Positions 27,440-36,938 of a stretch of DNA of 64,000 bases are shown in pieces. Below the pieces are notes generated by a model that saw only the letters and a program-made list of their open reading frames with translations, was not told the origin of the DNA and did not search any database. The DNA is from Oceanispirochaeta sp. Its GTDB lineage: Bacteria; Spirochaetota; Spirochaetia; DSM-2461. The first letter of the stretch is position 1. Each line of letters starts with the position of its first letter. The position numbers and the translations under genes are program-made. The DNA lies in contig CAXXXD010000002.1 of the NCBI GenBank assembly GCA_963663385.2, forward strand, positions 160,001 through 224,000. Reading direction: 5' to 3'.

Positions 27440-29917
27440 ATGATGAAGAAGCTTTTGATGCTGCTGATGATTCCGATGGTTCTATTATCCTGCGGTCCGA
27501 AAGAAATTGCTCCTGAAAGACCGGTTCAGGATGCAGCTGTTGAAACCGCAACAAAGGATGACGCTCCTGTTGTTGAAGAAACAGAAGCTGTTGCCATTGA
27601 GGCATTGAGTGAAGGTCTTGTTGTTTTTACCTCCGGCGATGTATTTGTAAACCGCGACGGAGCGGAAGAGTACCTGGAAATAGGAGATACCCTTGTTCAG
27701 GGGGATGTGGTGGAGACTGCTGAAGAGTCCTACTGCGAAATCCAACTGGGTGAAATTGCCATAGTGAGGATGGAACAGAACTCCATTGTGGCCATGAGTA
27801 CCCTTTTTACAAGTGAACAGGGGAGCAATATGTCCGTGGATCTGGAAGACGGACAGGTTTTGTGCAAAGTCAGAAAACTCCTGGAAGAGGACAGTTTTAA
27901 AGTTAAAGCCGGGACTGTTGTCTGTGGAGTCCGCGGTACCGAATTCGGTGTAAGCGCCAAAGGCAGTGCGGATGTTCTTCTGGCGGTAAAAGAGGGAGCC
28001 GTAGCGGTAACTCCTGCTTCCCTTGAGAAAATTGCTGAACTTGCTGCCGGAGAAGACGCCCTGGATGAGGTTGTCGACCTGATTAAAGAGGCCTCCCTCG
28101 TGGTAGGCGCTTCGGAAGAAATGGTTATTGAGAAAGAAGCCTTTAAAGAGCTGGAAGAGATTGCTCCGGCCATTGAAGAAGTTGTAAAGGTTCTGGAAAA
28201 AAAGAGCGAGTCCAAAGCTGCTGCTGATGAAACAGCCCTGACTGCGGTAACGGAAGAGGTGGTCAGACAGGCAGCCCTTCTGAAGGCCGTTCTTGAAGAG
28301 AAACCGGAAGTGGTGGCTCCCGTTGTTCTGAAAAAGGTTGAAATCTCCGAGGAATCCCTGGAGGAGCTGGCTTCCACCGATGAAATGGAACTGATCTCAT
28401 TTACACCGGTTGAAACAGAAGAGGGGAAAGAGGCCCCCGCACCGGTTCTGCCTACGCTGTATAAACTGAATATTACTGTTGAGCCTGCCGGGGCTTCCAT
28501 CCTGTCCGACGGAAAGGAAGTGGCCAGGGGCAGTTTAAAACGCCTGTATGCCGATGGGAAGGTGCTGAATTTCGAGTTCCGTCTGGAAGGGTATAAATCC
28601 CGAAGCCTCAACCTGGTAGTCGGCAGTGACATGCCCGGAGAACAGAGAATTGTTCTGGAACCGGAAGAAGACCTGAATGCTCTTCTCCCGGTGGAGGAAC
28701 CTGAAGAAGTTCCGGTCGTCAAAACACCGGAAACAGCCGGCCCGGTAGATGTAAAAATAAGCTGTGAACCCTCCGATGCGGTTCTTACGGTAAACGGCAG
28801 CACCGCAGAGGGAGCCTGGAGCGGACAGGTGGACGCGGGATCTTCCATCCGTGTCAAAGCCGAGAGAAACGGTTTTGCCTCTCAGGAACTGACTCTTACG
28901 GCAGCGGCCGGATTAAACAAGGTTATACGTCTGGAACCCCGTCCCATAGAAATCCGGAGCTCTCTGGGGAACGGAAATCTGGTAGGAGCACTCAGCGGCA
29001 GTATGGACAGGATGATCGGGGCGGATGCAACGGGTAAACTCACGGCATTTAATGCTTCGGGAGAAGTCCTGTGGCAGTATCAGTCCGGTAATTCCGATAA
29101 TGCAAACTCTTCTGCTGTAATAAACGGCAACCGGGTCTACTTTTCCGGCGGTACGGAACTGGTTGTCCTGAACAGCACAGACGGAAGTCTGGTCGCCCAA
29201 TATCCCCTTTCCGAAGAGCGTTCCCATATTTTCGGGCGGCAGGTTATGCCCCTGGGAGATTCCGTTCTCTTCCCGGCTAATCAGGAACTGGTTGTAATGG
29301 ATCGGGACGGTAAGGATCAGAGGACCTACGCCATACCGGAAACATCCAGTATGTCTTCCTCCCTGTGGAAAGACAAAATTGTCATAGCGGACAAGAAGGG
29401 AACCCTGCTGATTCTGGACTCTGCCGATGGAAGCACAATCTCTTCTATCCCAACCGGTTCTCTGCAGGCGGTCGCCCAGGCTCCGGCCATTATGGGGAAC
29501 CGGGCAGTCTTTGCCAGCCGGAAGGGGGTCGTTACCGCCGTTGATCTGGCCAGCGGGTCCGTTTTGTGGGAAAGAAAGCTGGATCGGACGGTTTTTGCCA
29601 ATATTATGGCTGAGGATGAAGGCTGTTATGTCTATACAACCAAGCGTGAGCTCTTTGCCCTCTCCTGGGATTCGGGAGACGATCTTTTTCCGGCTTTCAG
29701 CGATATTTCCGCCGTACCAGGTTACGATAAGGGGCGGCTCTATATGACCGACCGGTCCGGAATGATGAAGGTTATTAATGCGTCAAGCGGCAAAGTGGAA
29801 GGGTCTCTGGATCTGAAAGACTCCTTTACGGCCAAACCGATAATACGGAACGGTATCCTGATCGGTGTGGGAACAAACGGGAATTTCTTCCGGATAAATA
29901 CGGAGGGTATCCGGTAG
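27440..29917 (+). CDS. Lipoprotein with FecR-like domain, PEGA-like domains and C-terminal PQQ-type beta-propeller
   Basis: Lipobox VLLSC; GVRGTEF FecR motif; VEPAGASI and CEPSDAVL PEGA starts; GEVLWQY and GSVLWE propeller blades. Confidence 0.75.
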   Translation: MMKKLLMLLMIPMVLLSCGPKEIAPERPVQDAAVETATKDDAPVVEETEAVAIEALSEGLVVFTSGDVFVNRDGAEEYLEIGDTLVQGDVVETAEESYCEIQLGEIAIVRMEQNSIVAMSTLFTSEQGSNMSVDLEDGQVLCKVRKLLEEDSFKVKAGTVVCGVRGTEFGVSAKGSADVLLAVKEGAVAVTPASLEKIAELAAGEDALDEVVDLIKEASLVVGASEEMVIEKEAFKELEEIAPAIEEVVKVLEKKSESKAAADETALTAVTEEVVRQAALLKAVLEEKPEVVAPVVLKKVEISEESLEELASTDEMELISFTPVETEEGKEAPAPVLPTLYKLNITVEPAGASILSDGKEVARGSLKRLYADGKVLNFEFRLEGYKSRSLNLVVGSDMPGEQRIVLEPEEDLNALLPVEEPEEVPVVKTPETAGPVDVKISCEPSDAVLTVNGSTAEGAWSGQVDAGSSIRVKAERNGFASQELTLTAAAGLNKVIRLEPRPIEIRSSLGNGNLVGALSGSMDRMIGADATGKLTAFNASGEVLWQYQSGNSDNANSSAVINGNRVYFSGGTELVVLNSTDGSLVAQYPLSEERSHIFGRQVMPLGDSVLFPANQELVVMDRDGKDQRTYAIPETSSMSSSLWKDKIVIADKKGTLLILDSADGSTISSIPTGSLQAVAQAPAIMGNRAVFASRKGVVTAVDLASGSVLWERKLDRTVFANIMAEDEGCYVYTTKRELFALSWDSGDDLFPAFSDISAVPGYDKGRLYMTDRSGMMKVINASSGKVEGSLDLKDSFTAKPIIRNGILIGVGTNGNFFRINTEGIR

Positions 29918-29945
29918 GGGTATTACCGGAAAATAATCTTTTCTG

Positions 29946-29976
29946 ACCGGGGAGTGAGTATCCCCGGTTTTTTTTG
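29946..29976 (+). terminator. Rho-independent terminator
   Basis: ACCGGGGA...TCCCCGGT followed by a T run. Confidence 0.8.
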
Positions 29977-30088
29977 CATCAAAAAAAAACATATTTTCTT
30001 TATTGATTTATCCTTGTATAATTGGCACAATTGTTTACTAATTGATGGCCGGTATATCTCCGGCGATACTGCAAGAGGAGTTTCATTA

Positions 30089-31906
30089 ATGAAAAAAGAT
30101 GTTTTATTTATTCTGTTTTTTACTCTACTGTTGTTCACAGTAGGATGTAAAAATGTATCCTCACCCAATAGCGATGATTCGATAGAGGATGTGGACGATA
30201 CAACAGATAATCCTTTGAATGAGGATAGTTCTGCTCAGAACAGCAGCGGAGGAACAAATGTCAATGGTGTAATCACTATTCCCAACAGCCTGAACATTGT
30301 TTCATCAGGGGCGTCCAGGGCTGCGGTGGCCGATTTAACCGGGAATATTGTTATCCTTATTGGAGATGTCGAACTAACCATCCCCGCCGGTTCTCTTGAA
30401 ATCGACAGTGCTTATATCAGGGCGCCCTTCTCGCAGGACCTGGACTTTTCCGGATTGGTTGTCATAACGTATTTTTCAGAACTGGTTTATCAGGGGACTG
30501 CCATTGAAGCCGCCGGTACAGTTATGACTGTGGTAAATAACGGCGCAGATAACAATATTAATGATACCGATGGTGACGGGAGTGTTTCATCGGATGAAGA
30601 GACGGGAACTTTCAGTGACGTAAGCCTTACGGACACATCCCTGACAGGTGTTCCTGTCATAGATGCTTTCAGCGTTTCTTCTCATACGTCAGATTCTCCG
30701 GTTATTACGTTTTCAGCGTCCTTATCCAATATGAATATGGAGTTTGTAACTCTGAAGGTAAATGATTCCTACCGGATTATCGACCTTAATCTTGCGGGTG
30801 GAGCATGCAGTGTAAATGGGAAAGAGCTACCTCTTTCTCCCGGTGTGAACGAAGTGCAATTAATAGCGATAAACAGTAATGGTGTTACCAAATCGGGTAT
30901 TGAATCTGTTACATATAATTCCCAGGTTGAACCCGGATCTCAGGGGCTGCTGTTCACGCTGGACTGGGACACTCCTACAAGTGATATGGATCTGCATACG
31001 TATTATTATTCGGATACTTCACCCACAAGTTCTCTGGCACCTGCATGGCATAATTATTTTGGAAATATGACAGCTCCTTTAATGGATTCTGAGCTGTCAA
31101 GCCTGCCTGGAGATGTTAGCGCCATATCGACAATTGATGGAGCCGATACTAATATTTCATTTGATCATGCTTCAATAGATTTCGATTTTTACACTTCAGA
31201 ATTGGAAATCTCTTTATGGTCAGCCAGTGACAGGAATCAATTTATTGATATTGAAGTTGATTCCACTCTTTCCCAGCTGGGAGTTGGATCCTACGCTCTA
31301 AGCGGATCGGGTTCATTTAGGTGTTATAATAGATATTTCGATTTTACTTTAACATCCGGTTCAATCAATATAACAGCTATTGATTCGGATCAGTATTCCG
31401 GAACAATAACTATGAGCGGTTCTGCATCCGTTTCCGGGACCCCCCAGGGAACATTCTCAACAGCAATTTCATTTAACCACGCTTTTAATGCAGATTCCAA
31501 TTTGTATTCTATCGCAAATAAACTGGATGTAGATGATGTCTATGGGTATGGACCGGAGCATTTTACACTGAATGATGCTCCTGACGGATACTATGTTGTT
31601 GCAGTGAATTCCTATGACCTGGATTCAGATCCTGACACACGGTGTTTTGTTACGATTCAGACCTCAGAAGCAATGCAAGTTCTGGGTCCCTATCTTTTTA
31701 CGGAAAGCAATGGAATGGATTATCCCATAGAAGGTAGCGGCTCCTGGTACCGAGTTGCAGATATCAAGGTTGTTAACGGCAAAGCGACAATTCTTAATGC
31801 TAATACAGGGCTAAACAGTAATCTTGCTGCAGGGCTGGGACCGGTGGGAAGTTTCAGTCTCAATAGATCTATTCAAAATGAAGGAATTATTTCTTCCCGA
31901 AAATAG
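30089..31906 (+). CDS. Surface lipoprotein with EF-hand-like loop, Ig-like domain and split YfaP-like domain
   Basis: ATG at 30089 after GAGGAG; lipobox TVGC; DTDGDGSVSSDE; LDWDTPTSDMDLH ... LDVDDVYGYGPEHF. Lower GC than its flanks. Confidence 0.65.
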   Translation: MKKDVLFILFFTLLLFTVGCKNVSSPNSDDSIEDVDDTTDNPLNEDSSAQNSSGGTNVNGVITIPNSLNIVSSGASRAAVADLTGNIVILIGDVELTIPAGSLEIDSAYIRAPFSQDLDFSGLVVITYFSELVYQGTAIEAAGTVMTVVNNGADNNINDTDGDGSVSSDEETGTFSDVSLTDTSLTGVPVIDAFSVSSHTSDSPVITFSASLSNMNMEFVTLKVNDSYRIIDLNLAGGACSVNGKELPLSPGVNEVQLIAINSNGVTKSGIESVTYNSQVEPGSQGLLFTLDWDTPTSDMDLHTYYYSDTSPTSSLAPAWHNYFGNMTAPLMDSELSSLPGDVSAISTIDGADTNISFDHASIDFDFYTSELEISLWSASDRNQFIDIEVDSTLSQLGVGSYALSGSGSFRCYNRYFDFTLTSGSINITAIDSDQYSGTITMSGSASVSGTPQGTFSTAISFNHAFNADSNLYSIANKLDVDDVYGYGPEHFTLNDAPDGYYVVAVNSYDLDSDPDTRCFVTIQTSEAMQVLGPYLFTESNGMDYPIEGSGSWYRVADIKVVNGKATILNANTGLNSNLAAGLGPVGSFSLNRSIQNEGIISSRK

Positions 31907-31917
31907 ACCGATATACC

Positions 31918-31961
31918 CCCTCTCCGGATACCCACGCTTTCGCTCGGGTATCCGGAGAGGG
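31918..31961. terminator. Long hairpin between convergent genes (REP-like / bidirectional terminator)
   Basis: 16-bp stem CCCTCTCCGGATACCC / GGGTATCCGGAGAGGG; contains the TTCGCTCGGG core of the REP family. Confidence 0.6.
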
Positions 31962-31996
31962 ACAAAGGGCATATCATTATACCTCGCCCTTCTAAC

Positions 31997-32899
31997 CTAT
32001 TCGCCCGTCCCGGCATAGCGGTTCTTCATAATGTAATCGGTAGGTTTGTTATACACAACGCTGTCTTTGGGGATGGAAGAGGTAATCCACACATTACCGC
32101 CTATTACGGTGTTGGCCCCTATGGTCGTATTGCCTCCCAGTATGGTGGCTCCCGAATAGATGGTAACGTTATCTTCCAGGGTGGGGTGGCGTTTCTTGTT
32201 GGCATTTTCTTTTTTTACACTTAGAGCTCCCAGAGTCACCCCCTGGTAAATCTTTACATTTTTTCCGATTACCGTGGTCTCTCCGATAACAACCCCTGTG
32301 GCATGGTCAATAAAAAAGGATTCTCCTATCTCTGCACCGGGGTGAATATCCACGCCGGTTTTTCTGTGAATATGCTCATTCATCATCCGGGGGATCAGGG
32401 GAATGTCCATATTAAACAACTCGTGGGCCAGACGATGAACGGTTATGGCTTCCAGGCCGGGGTAGGAGAGGATAACCTCCTCTCTTGAGCGGGCGGCCGG
32501 GTCCCCGTCCATGGCGGCTCTTACATCCAGAAGAGTTTTTTCCCTGATTTCCGGCAATTTCTCCAGAAACTCGAAGGTTCGTTTTCTGGCTTCCTCGCCG
32601 CACTCTACCGGATTGAAGTCGTCATTTTCCCGGCAGCGGTATTCCAGGCTTTTCCGGATCTCCGCCATCAGACGGCTTCCGACACTTAAAAGTTTCTCCC
32701 CCAGGTTGAAGGCCAGGTTCTCTTCCTCCAGCTGTTCATTCTCCTGAAACCCCGGGAAAATAATCGATTCAAGGGTTGTAATAATACCTATTACGCTCTG
32801 GCGGGAGGGGAGATTCGGACCGTTCAGGTGATTGATTCCTTCCTTGATCCTGTAGGTTTTCATGATGCTTGTGGTGATGGTTTCGATACGGTTTATCAT
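31997..32899 (-). CDS. cysE: Serine O-acetyltransferase
   Basis: GDPAA, YPG, GVDIHPGA, FFIDHATGVVIGET, KRHPT. Confidence 0.93.
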   Translation of the reverse strand: MINRIETITTSIMKTYRIKEGINHLNGPNLPSRQSVIGIITTLESIIFPGFQENEQLEEENLAFNLGEKLLSVGSRLMAEIRKSLEYRCRENDDFNPVECGEEARKRTFEFLEKLPEIREKTLLDVRAAMDGDPAARSREEVILSYPGLEAITVHRLAHELFNMDIPLIPRMMNEHIHRKTGVDIHPGAEIGESFFIDHATGVVIGETTVIGKNVKIYQGVTLGALSVKKENANKKRHPTLEDNVTIYSGATILGGNTTIGANTVIGGNVWITSSIPKDSVVYNKPTDYIMKNRYAGTGE

Positions 32900-33762
32900 T
32901 TTTTTATGGTTCTCCTTAACCTTAAAGGGGTATGTATTGTTCTTCTGATTGATTTCAGATGTTTTTCCGCTATTTCTTCTCCTGCTTTGATAAGTCTGGA
33001 GCTGTCCTCAAAATCAAAACTGGTTGCCTGAAGGGCGCCCATATGAAGGGTAAGAGAGGCCCTGTCCTTTCTCGTTCTCCGCTGGGTCTGACAGGCTGTA
33101 GTAAAACTTCTCAGTATGACGGAAATCCCGTTTTCCAGATTCGCCGATGGAATCCTGCCGTAATATCCTGCATCCACGCCGATGACCCTCCGACGGCCGA
33201 ACTGTCTGGCAATCCATACGGGGTAGTTGTTCTGAACCGAACCATCGCATAACAGCTCTTCCGCCCGCTCCAGAGGGGCGAAAAAACCGGGGTAGGCCAT
33301 AGAGGCGTAGATACCGTCTCCCAGGGATCCGTCATTCATTATCATCTCATGCCCTGTAAGAAGATCGACAGAATTGCAGTAAAAGGGAATCCTTGTATCC
33401 TGAAAGGATTTATTCTGAAACAATTTGTTCAGGTATCCGCGGATTTTCAGTCCGTTATTAATACCCCGCTTCCCAAGCAGATTGCCGAAGGCTTCCTCAG
33501 CCTGGAGAAATTTTGTAATCAGATTGTCAAACGGGATTTTATAGGTAATGCCCTCCAGATAATCGGATATGTCAAAATCCCGGGCGATCTGTTCCATCTC
33601 TTCACTGCTGTATCCGAAGGCCCACAGACCGCCCACAATAGCGCCCATGGAAGTCCCGACGATCATGGAGGGTTTGAGGTTTTCCCGTTCCAGGACTTTA
33701 ATCACCCCCAGATGAGCCAGTCCCAGAGCCCCTCCGCCGGATAAAACCAGTGCCCATTTCAT
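32896..33762 (-). CDS. Patatin-like phospholipase
   Basis: LSGGGALGLAHLGV, GTSMGA nucleophile elbow, DGS catalytic Asp. Confidence 0.9.
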   Translation of the reverse strand: MKWALVLSGGGALGLAHLGVIKVLERENLKPSMIVGTSMGAIVGGLWAFGYSSEEMEQIARDFDISDYLEGITYKIPFDNLITKFLQAEEAFGNLLGKRGINNGLKIRGYLNKLFQNKSFQDTRIPFYCNSVDLLTGHEMIMNDGSLGDGIYASMAYPGFFAPLERAEELLCDGSVQNNYPVWIARQFGRRRVIGVDAGYYGRIPSANLENGISVILRSFTTACQTQRRTRKDRASLTLHMGALQATSFDFEDSSRLIKAGEEIAEKHLKSIRRTIHTPLRLRRTIKK

Positions 33763-33768
33763 GGCATA

Positions 33769-33797
33769 ACCATAGAATTCGGTTTATTAAAAGTCAA
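33769..33797 (-). promoter_or_regulatory. sigma70 promoter, probably leaderless, for patatin-cysE
   Basis: TTGACT-17 bp-TATGGT-6 nt-ATG; no SD. Confidence 0.55.
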
Positions 33798-33817
33798 GGT
33801 TTCAGTAAGATGGGGGC

Positions 33818-34927
33818 ATGGACGAATGGAAGGGATTAATGAAGGGAATCTGCCGCACTTCAGAAGGACTGGAGGGGCAGCTGGTTCTTGGAAAGCAGGA
33901 GAAGGCCTGGTTTGAAACGCAGAAGGAGGGGTTATCTTTTCTTATCAATCCCTACTTTCTGGAGCTGGCTAAAACATCCGAAGGAATCAGAAGGCAGTGT
34001 ATCCCCGATGAGGCCGAGTTCCTGCGAACTCCGGATGAGTCGGAGGACCCTCTGGCGGAAGCGCCCCATTCTCCTCTTCCCCGCATGGTCCACCGTTACA
34101 GAAACAGGGTAGCCGTACTGATTACAGATCAGTGCGCCATGCACTGCCGGCACTGTTTCCGCCGGTCTTTTACAGGACAGGATAATCATATCATTAAAAC
34201 TGATGAGATCCGGGCCATAACGGATTATCTGAAAGAACACAGTGAGGTAAAGGAAGTCCTTTTAACCGGGGGAGATCTTCTGACTCTGGATGATGGTCCT
34301 TTAATGGATATCCTCAGGCAATTCCGGGATGTCCGTCCGGATCTTCTGCTCCGCCTGGCGACCAGAATCCCTTCTGTCCTGCCTCAGCGGATTACATCTG
34401 CTTTGACCGAAGCCCTTAAAACGCTGGGGGGGCCTGTCTGGGTGATTACCCAGTTCAATCATCCCGATGAACTGACCGATGAAAGCAGGTTTGCCCTGAA
34501 ACGGCTGAGGGAAAGCGGTTTTCCCGTTATGAATCAGACCGTTCTGCTGAAAGGGATCAACGACCGGGAAGAGCTTCTGGCGGAGCTGTTTCAGAATCTG
34601 CTGGTGGAGGGGGTAAAACCCTACTACCTGTTTCAGGGAGACCTGGCTGTAGGAACCTCCCATTTCAGAACCAGCCTGGAAAGGGGCTGGGAGATTATGC
34701 GGAATCTGAGGCTTATGGTTTCCGGTCTGGCCATGCCTGTCTATGCGGTGGACCTCCCCGGGGGCGGCGGGAAAATCCCCTTAAGCGAACCTTTCCTGGT
34801 GGAAAAATCGGATAGGGGCTATACCTTCCGGAATCCGGAAGGGAAGTTGTATACCTACCCCTCGACCCCTCGACTTCGCTCGGGGATCTCGCAACCGGCC
34901 TCTCCCAGAGGGAGAGGGGAGAAATGA
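33818..34927 (+). CDS. KamA-family radical SAM protein (lysine 2,3-aminomutase / EpmB-like)
   Basis: HRYRNRV, CAMHCRHCFRR, LTGGD, NQTVLLKGIND, PGGGGKIP containing the PLP Lys. Confidence 0.9.
   Translation: MDEWKGLMKGICRTSEGLEGQLVLGKQEKAWFETQKEGLSFLINPYFLELAKTSEGIRRQCIPDEAEFLRTPDESEDPLAEAPHSPLPRMVHRYRNRVAVLITDQCAMHCRHCFRRSFTGQDNHIIKTDEIRAITDYLKEHSEVKEVLLTGGDLLTLDDGPLMDILRQFRDVRPDLLLRLATRIPSVLPQRITSALTEALKTLGGPVWVITQFNHPDELTDESRFALKRLRESGFPVMNQTVLLKGINDREELLAELFQNLLVEGVKPYYLFQGDLAVGTSHFRTSLERGWEIMRNLRLMVSGLAMPVYAVDLPGGGGKIPLSEPFLVEKSDRGYTFRNPEGKLYTYPSTPRLRSGISQPASPRGRGEK
34858..34920. repeat. Composite REP-like repeat in the 3' end of the kamA-family gene
   Basis: GACCCCTCGACTTCGCTCGGGGATC (34864-34888) followed by the hairpin CCTCTCCC-AGA-GGGAGAGG. 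Confidence 0.6.
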
Positions 34928-34954
34928 ATCTATAACGAGTTCCAAGGAGACAAT

Positions 34955-35536
34955 ATGAATCAAGATAAAGACGATACAGCTAAGATCCTCTGGAAGGAGA
35001 CCGGAAAACGGGAGACGGTCTGGAAGGGGCCCATCTTTGATGTGGACAGGGTAAACAGGGTCTCCCCGAACGGGGATGAACACCCCTTTGTGGTCTGCCG
35101 CAATCCGGACTGGGTAACGGTTGTACCCGAACTGAAAGAGGGGGGTACAGCAAACTTTCTGATGGTCCGGCAGTTCCGGCACGGGAGCGGCGCCCTGTCC
35201 ATGGAGTTTCCTGCGGGAGTTGTAGATCCCGGTGAAGAACCTTTGACTGCCGCTGTCCGGGAGCTTCGGGAAGAAACAGGTTATACCGCGGAAGAGATGA
35301 TTCTGATCGGACAGATCAATCCCAATCCCGCCATTATGTCCAATACATCCTGGACCTTCCTGGCCCGGGGATTGAAAAAAACAGAAGAGCTGGATCTTGA
35401 TCATAATGAGTATCTGAGCGGATACACAATCAGCAAAGAGGATATTGACCGGGAGATGGGCTTTGGCGAGTTCAACAGCGCCATTATGGTTCAGGTCTGG
35501 TACTGGTATAAGCGGTTTATAGAAAAAAACTCCTGA
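34955..35536 (+). CDS. NUDIX hydrolase (ADP-ribose pyrophosphatase-like)
   Basis: Nudix box GVVDPGEEPLTAAVRELREETGY; RQFRH. Confidence 0.92.
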   Translation: MNQDKDDTAKILWKETGKRETVWKGPIFDVDRVNRVSPNGDEHPFVVCRNPDWVTVVPELKEGGTANFLMVRQFRHGSGALSMEFPAGVVDPGEEPLTAAVRELREETGYTAEEMILIGQINPNPAIMSNTSWTFLARGLKKTEELDLDHNEYLSGYTISKEDIDREMGFGEFNSAIMVQVWYWYKRFIEKNS

Positions 35537-35636
35537 TTTTCGGTTTTTTTACAATTTTTTCCTCAGATTTTGCAGGCCTGATCAGAAAAATCAAAATATG
35601 ATTTAAATCCGCAGGTATTCCTGCACGAGGTTTCAA

Positions 35637-36938
35637 ATGTTACAAACTGAAAACAGCTGCGGAGAATTCCTTCGTGCCAGACAGTATATTCCCGGAGGGG
35701 TGAACTCTCCTGTCCGTTCCTTTAACAGTGTGGGAGGCAGTCCGCTCTATATAGCATCCGGTTCCGGTGCTTATGTGGATGATATAGACGGGAACCGTTA
35801 CCTGGATTTTCTCGGTTCCTGGGGCCCCCTTATACTGGGGCACTCCCATCCCGCTATTGTCCGGGCGGTTAAAGAGGCCTGTGAAAAAGGGATGAGCTTC
35901 GGAGCTCCCACGGTAATCGAAACAGAGCTGGCGGAAAAAATAGTATCCATGGTTCCTTCCGTCGAAATGGTTAGAATGGTTAATTCCGGTACGGAAGCGA
36001 CCATGAGTGCCGTCCGCCTGGCGAGAGGCTATACCGGACGGGATCTGATTATTAAATTCGAGGGCTGTTATCACGGCCATGGCGACAGTTTCCTCATTTC
36101 AGCAGGATCAGGTGCCGCGACCCTCGGCATTCCCGACAGCCCCGGAGTAACCGCCGGAACGGCTGCGGATACGCTGGTTGCCCGCTATAACGACCTTTCT
36201 TCCGTCCGGGAGCTGTTCAGGAAGCATGAAGGGCGGATTGCCGCGGTGATTGTCGAACCTGTGGCCGGTAATATGGGAGTCGTTCCTCCCTGTGAGGGTT
36301 TTCTGGAGGGGCTGAGAGCGATTACTTCAGAAGAGGGGGCGCTGTTTATTCTGGATGAAGTCATGACCGGTTTCAGAGTCGCCCGGGGAGGCGCCCAGGA
36401 ATATTTCGGCATTACTCCCGATCTGACAACATTCGGTAAAATTATCGGAGGAGGGCTTCCTGTAGGGGCTTACGGCGGCAGGAAAGAAATTATGATGCAG
36501 ATAGCGCCGGCCGGCCCTGTGTATCAGGCGGGGACTCTTTCCGGAAATCCTCTGGCCTGTGCTGCAGGACTTGCTGCTCTCAGCGTTATAGACAGTGACA
36601 GCACCTTTTACGAAAAACTGGAGAAACGGTCTGCTCAGCTGGCCGATGGGATGAGGGATAACTGCCGCAGACTGGGTGTCCGCGGGGTACTCAACCGGGT
36701 CGGTTCCATGATGACTTTCTTTTTTACACCCTTAAGCCGTGTTTCCAATTACTATGAAGCGGCTCAGAATCAGGCCGATCTGTACGGAAGATTTTTTCAT
36801 CTGGCTCTGGAAGAGGGGGTGTATTTTGCGCCTTCCGCTTTTGAAGCGGCATTTGTTTCCGGTGTTCACACGGAGGATCATATACAGAAGGCTGTCAGGG
36901 CCCATTACAATGCTTTGAAAAGACTCTCCGTCTTATGA
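35637..36938 (+). CDS. hemL: Glutamate-1-semialdehyde 2,1-aminomutase
   Basis: PGGVNSPVRSF, SGTEATM, FEGCYHGH, DEVMTGFR, FGKIIGGG, YQAGTLSGNP. Confidence 0.97.
   Translation: MLQTENSCGEFLRARQYIPGGVNSPVRSFNSVGGSPLYIASGSGAYVDDIDGNRYLDFLGSWGPLILGHSHPAIVRAVKEACEKGMSFGAPTVIETELAEKIVSMVPSVEMVRMVNSGTEATMSAVRLARGYTGRDLIIKFEGCYHGHGDSFLISAGSGAATLGIPDSPGVTAGTAADTLVARYNDLSSVRELFRKHEGRIAAVIVEPVAGNMGVVPPCEGFLEGLRAITSEEGALFILDEVMTGFRVARGGAQEYFGITPDLTTFGKIIGGGLPVGAYGGRKEIMMQIAPAGPVYQAGTLSGNPLACAAGLAALSVIDSDSTFYEKLEKRSAQLADGMRDNCRRLGVRGVLNRVGSMMTFFFTPLSRVSNYYEAAQNQADLYGRFFHLALEEGVYFAPSAFEAAFVSGVHTEDHIQKAVRAHYNALKRLSVL

Noticed and set aside
30023..30038. Possible sigma54 promoter TGGCAC-N5-TTTA upstream of the lipoprotein gene
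   Set aside because: The -12 GC dinucleotide is missing.
29954..30088. N-terminal extensions given by the ORF track (also 697-756, 20177-20242, 53079-53213, 62844-62975, 63040-63072)
   Set aside because: They overlap terminators, promoters, neighbouring genes or the riboswitch; downstream starts have better SD or promoter context.
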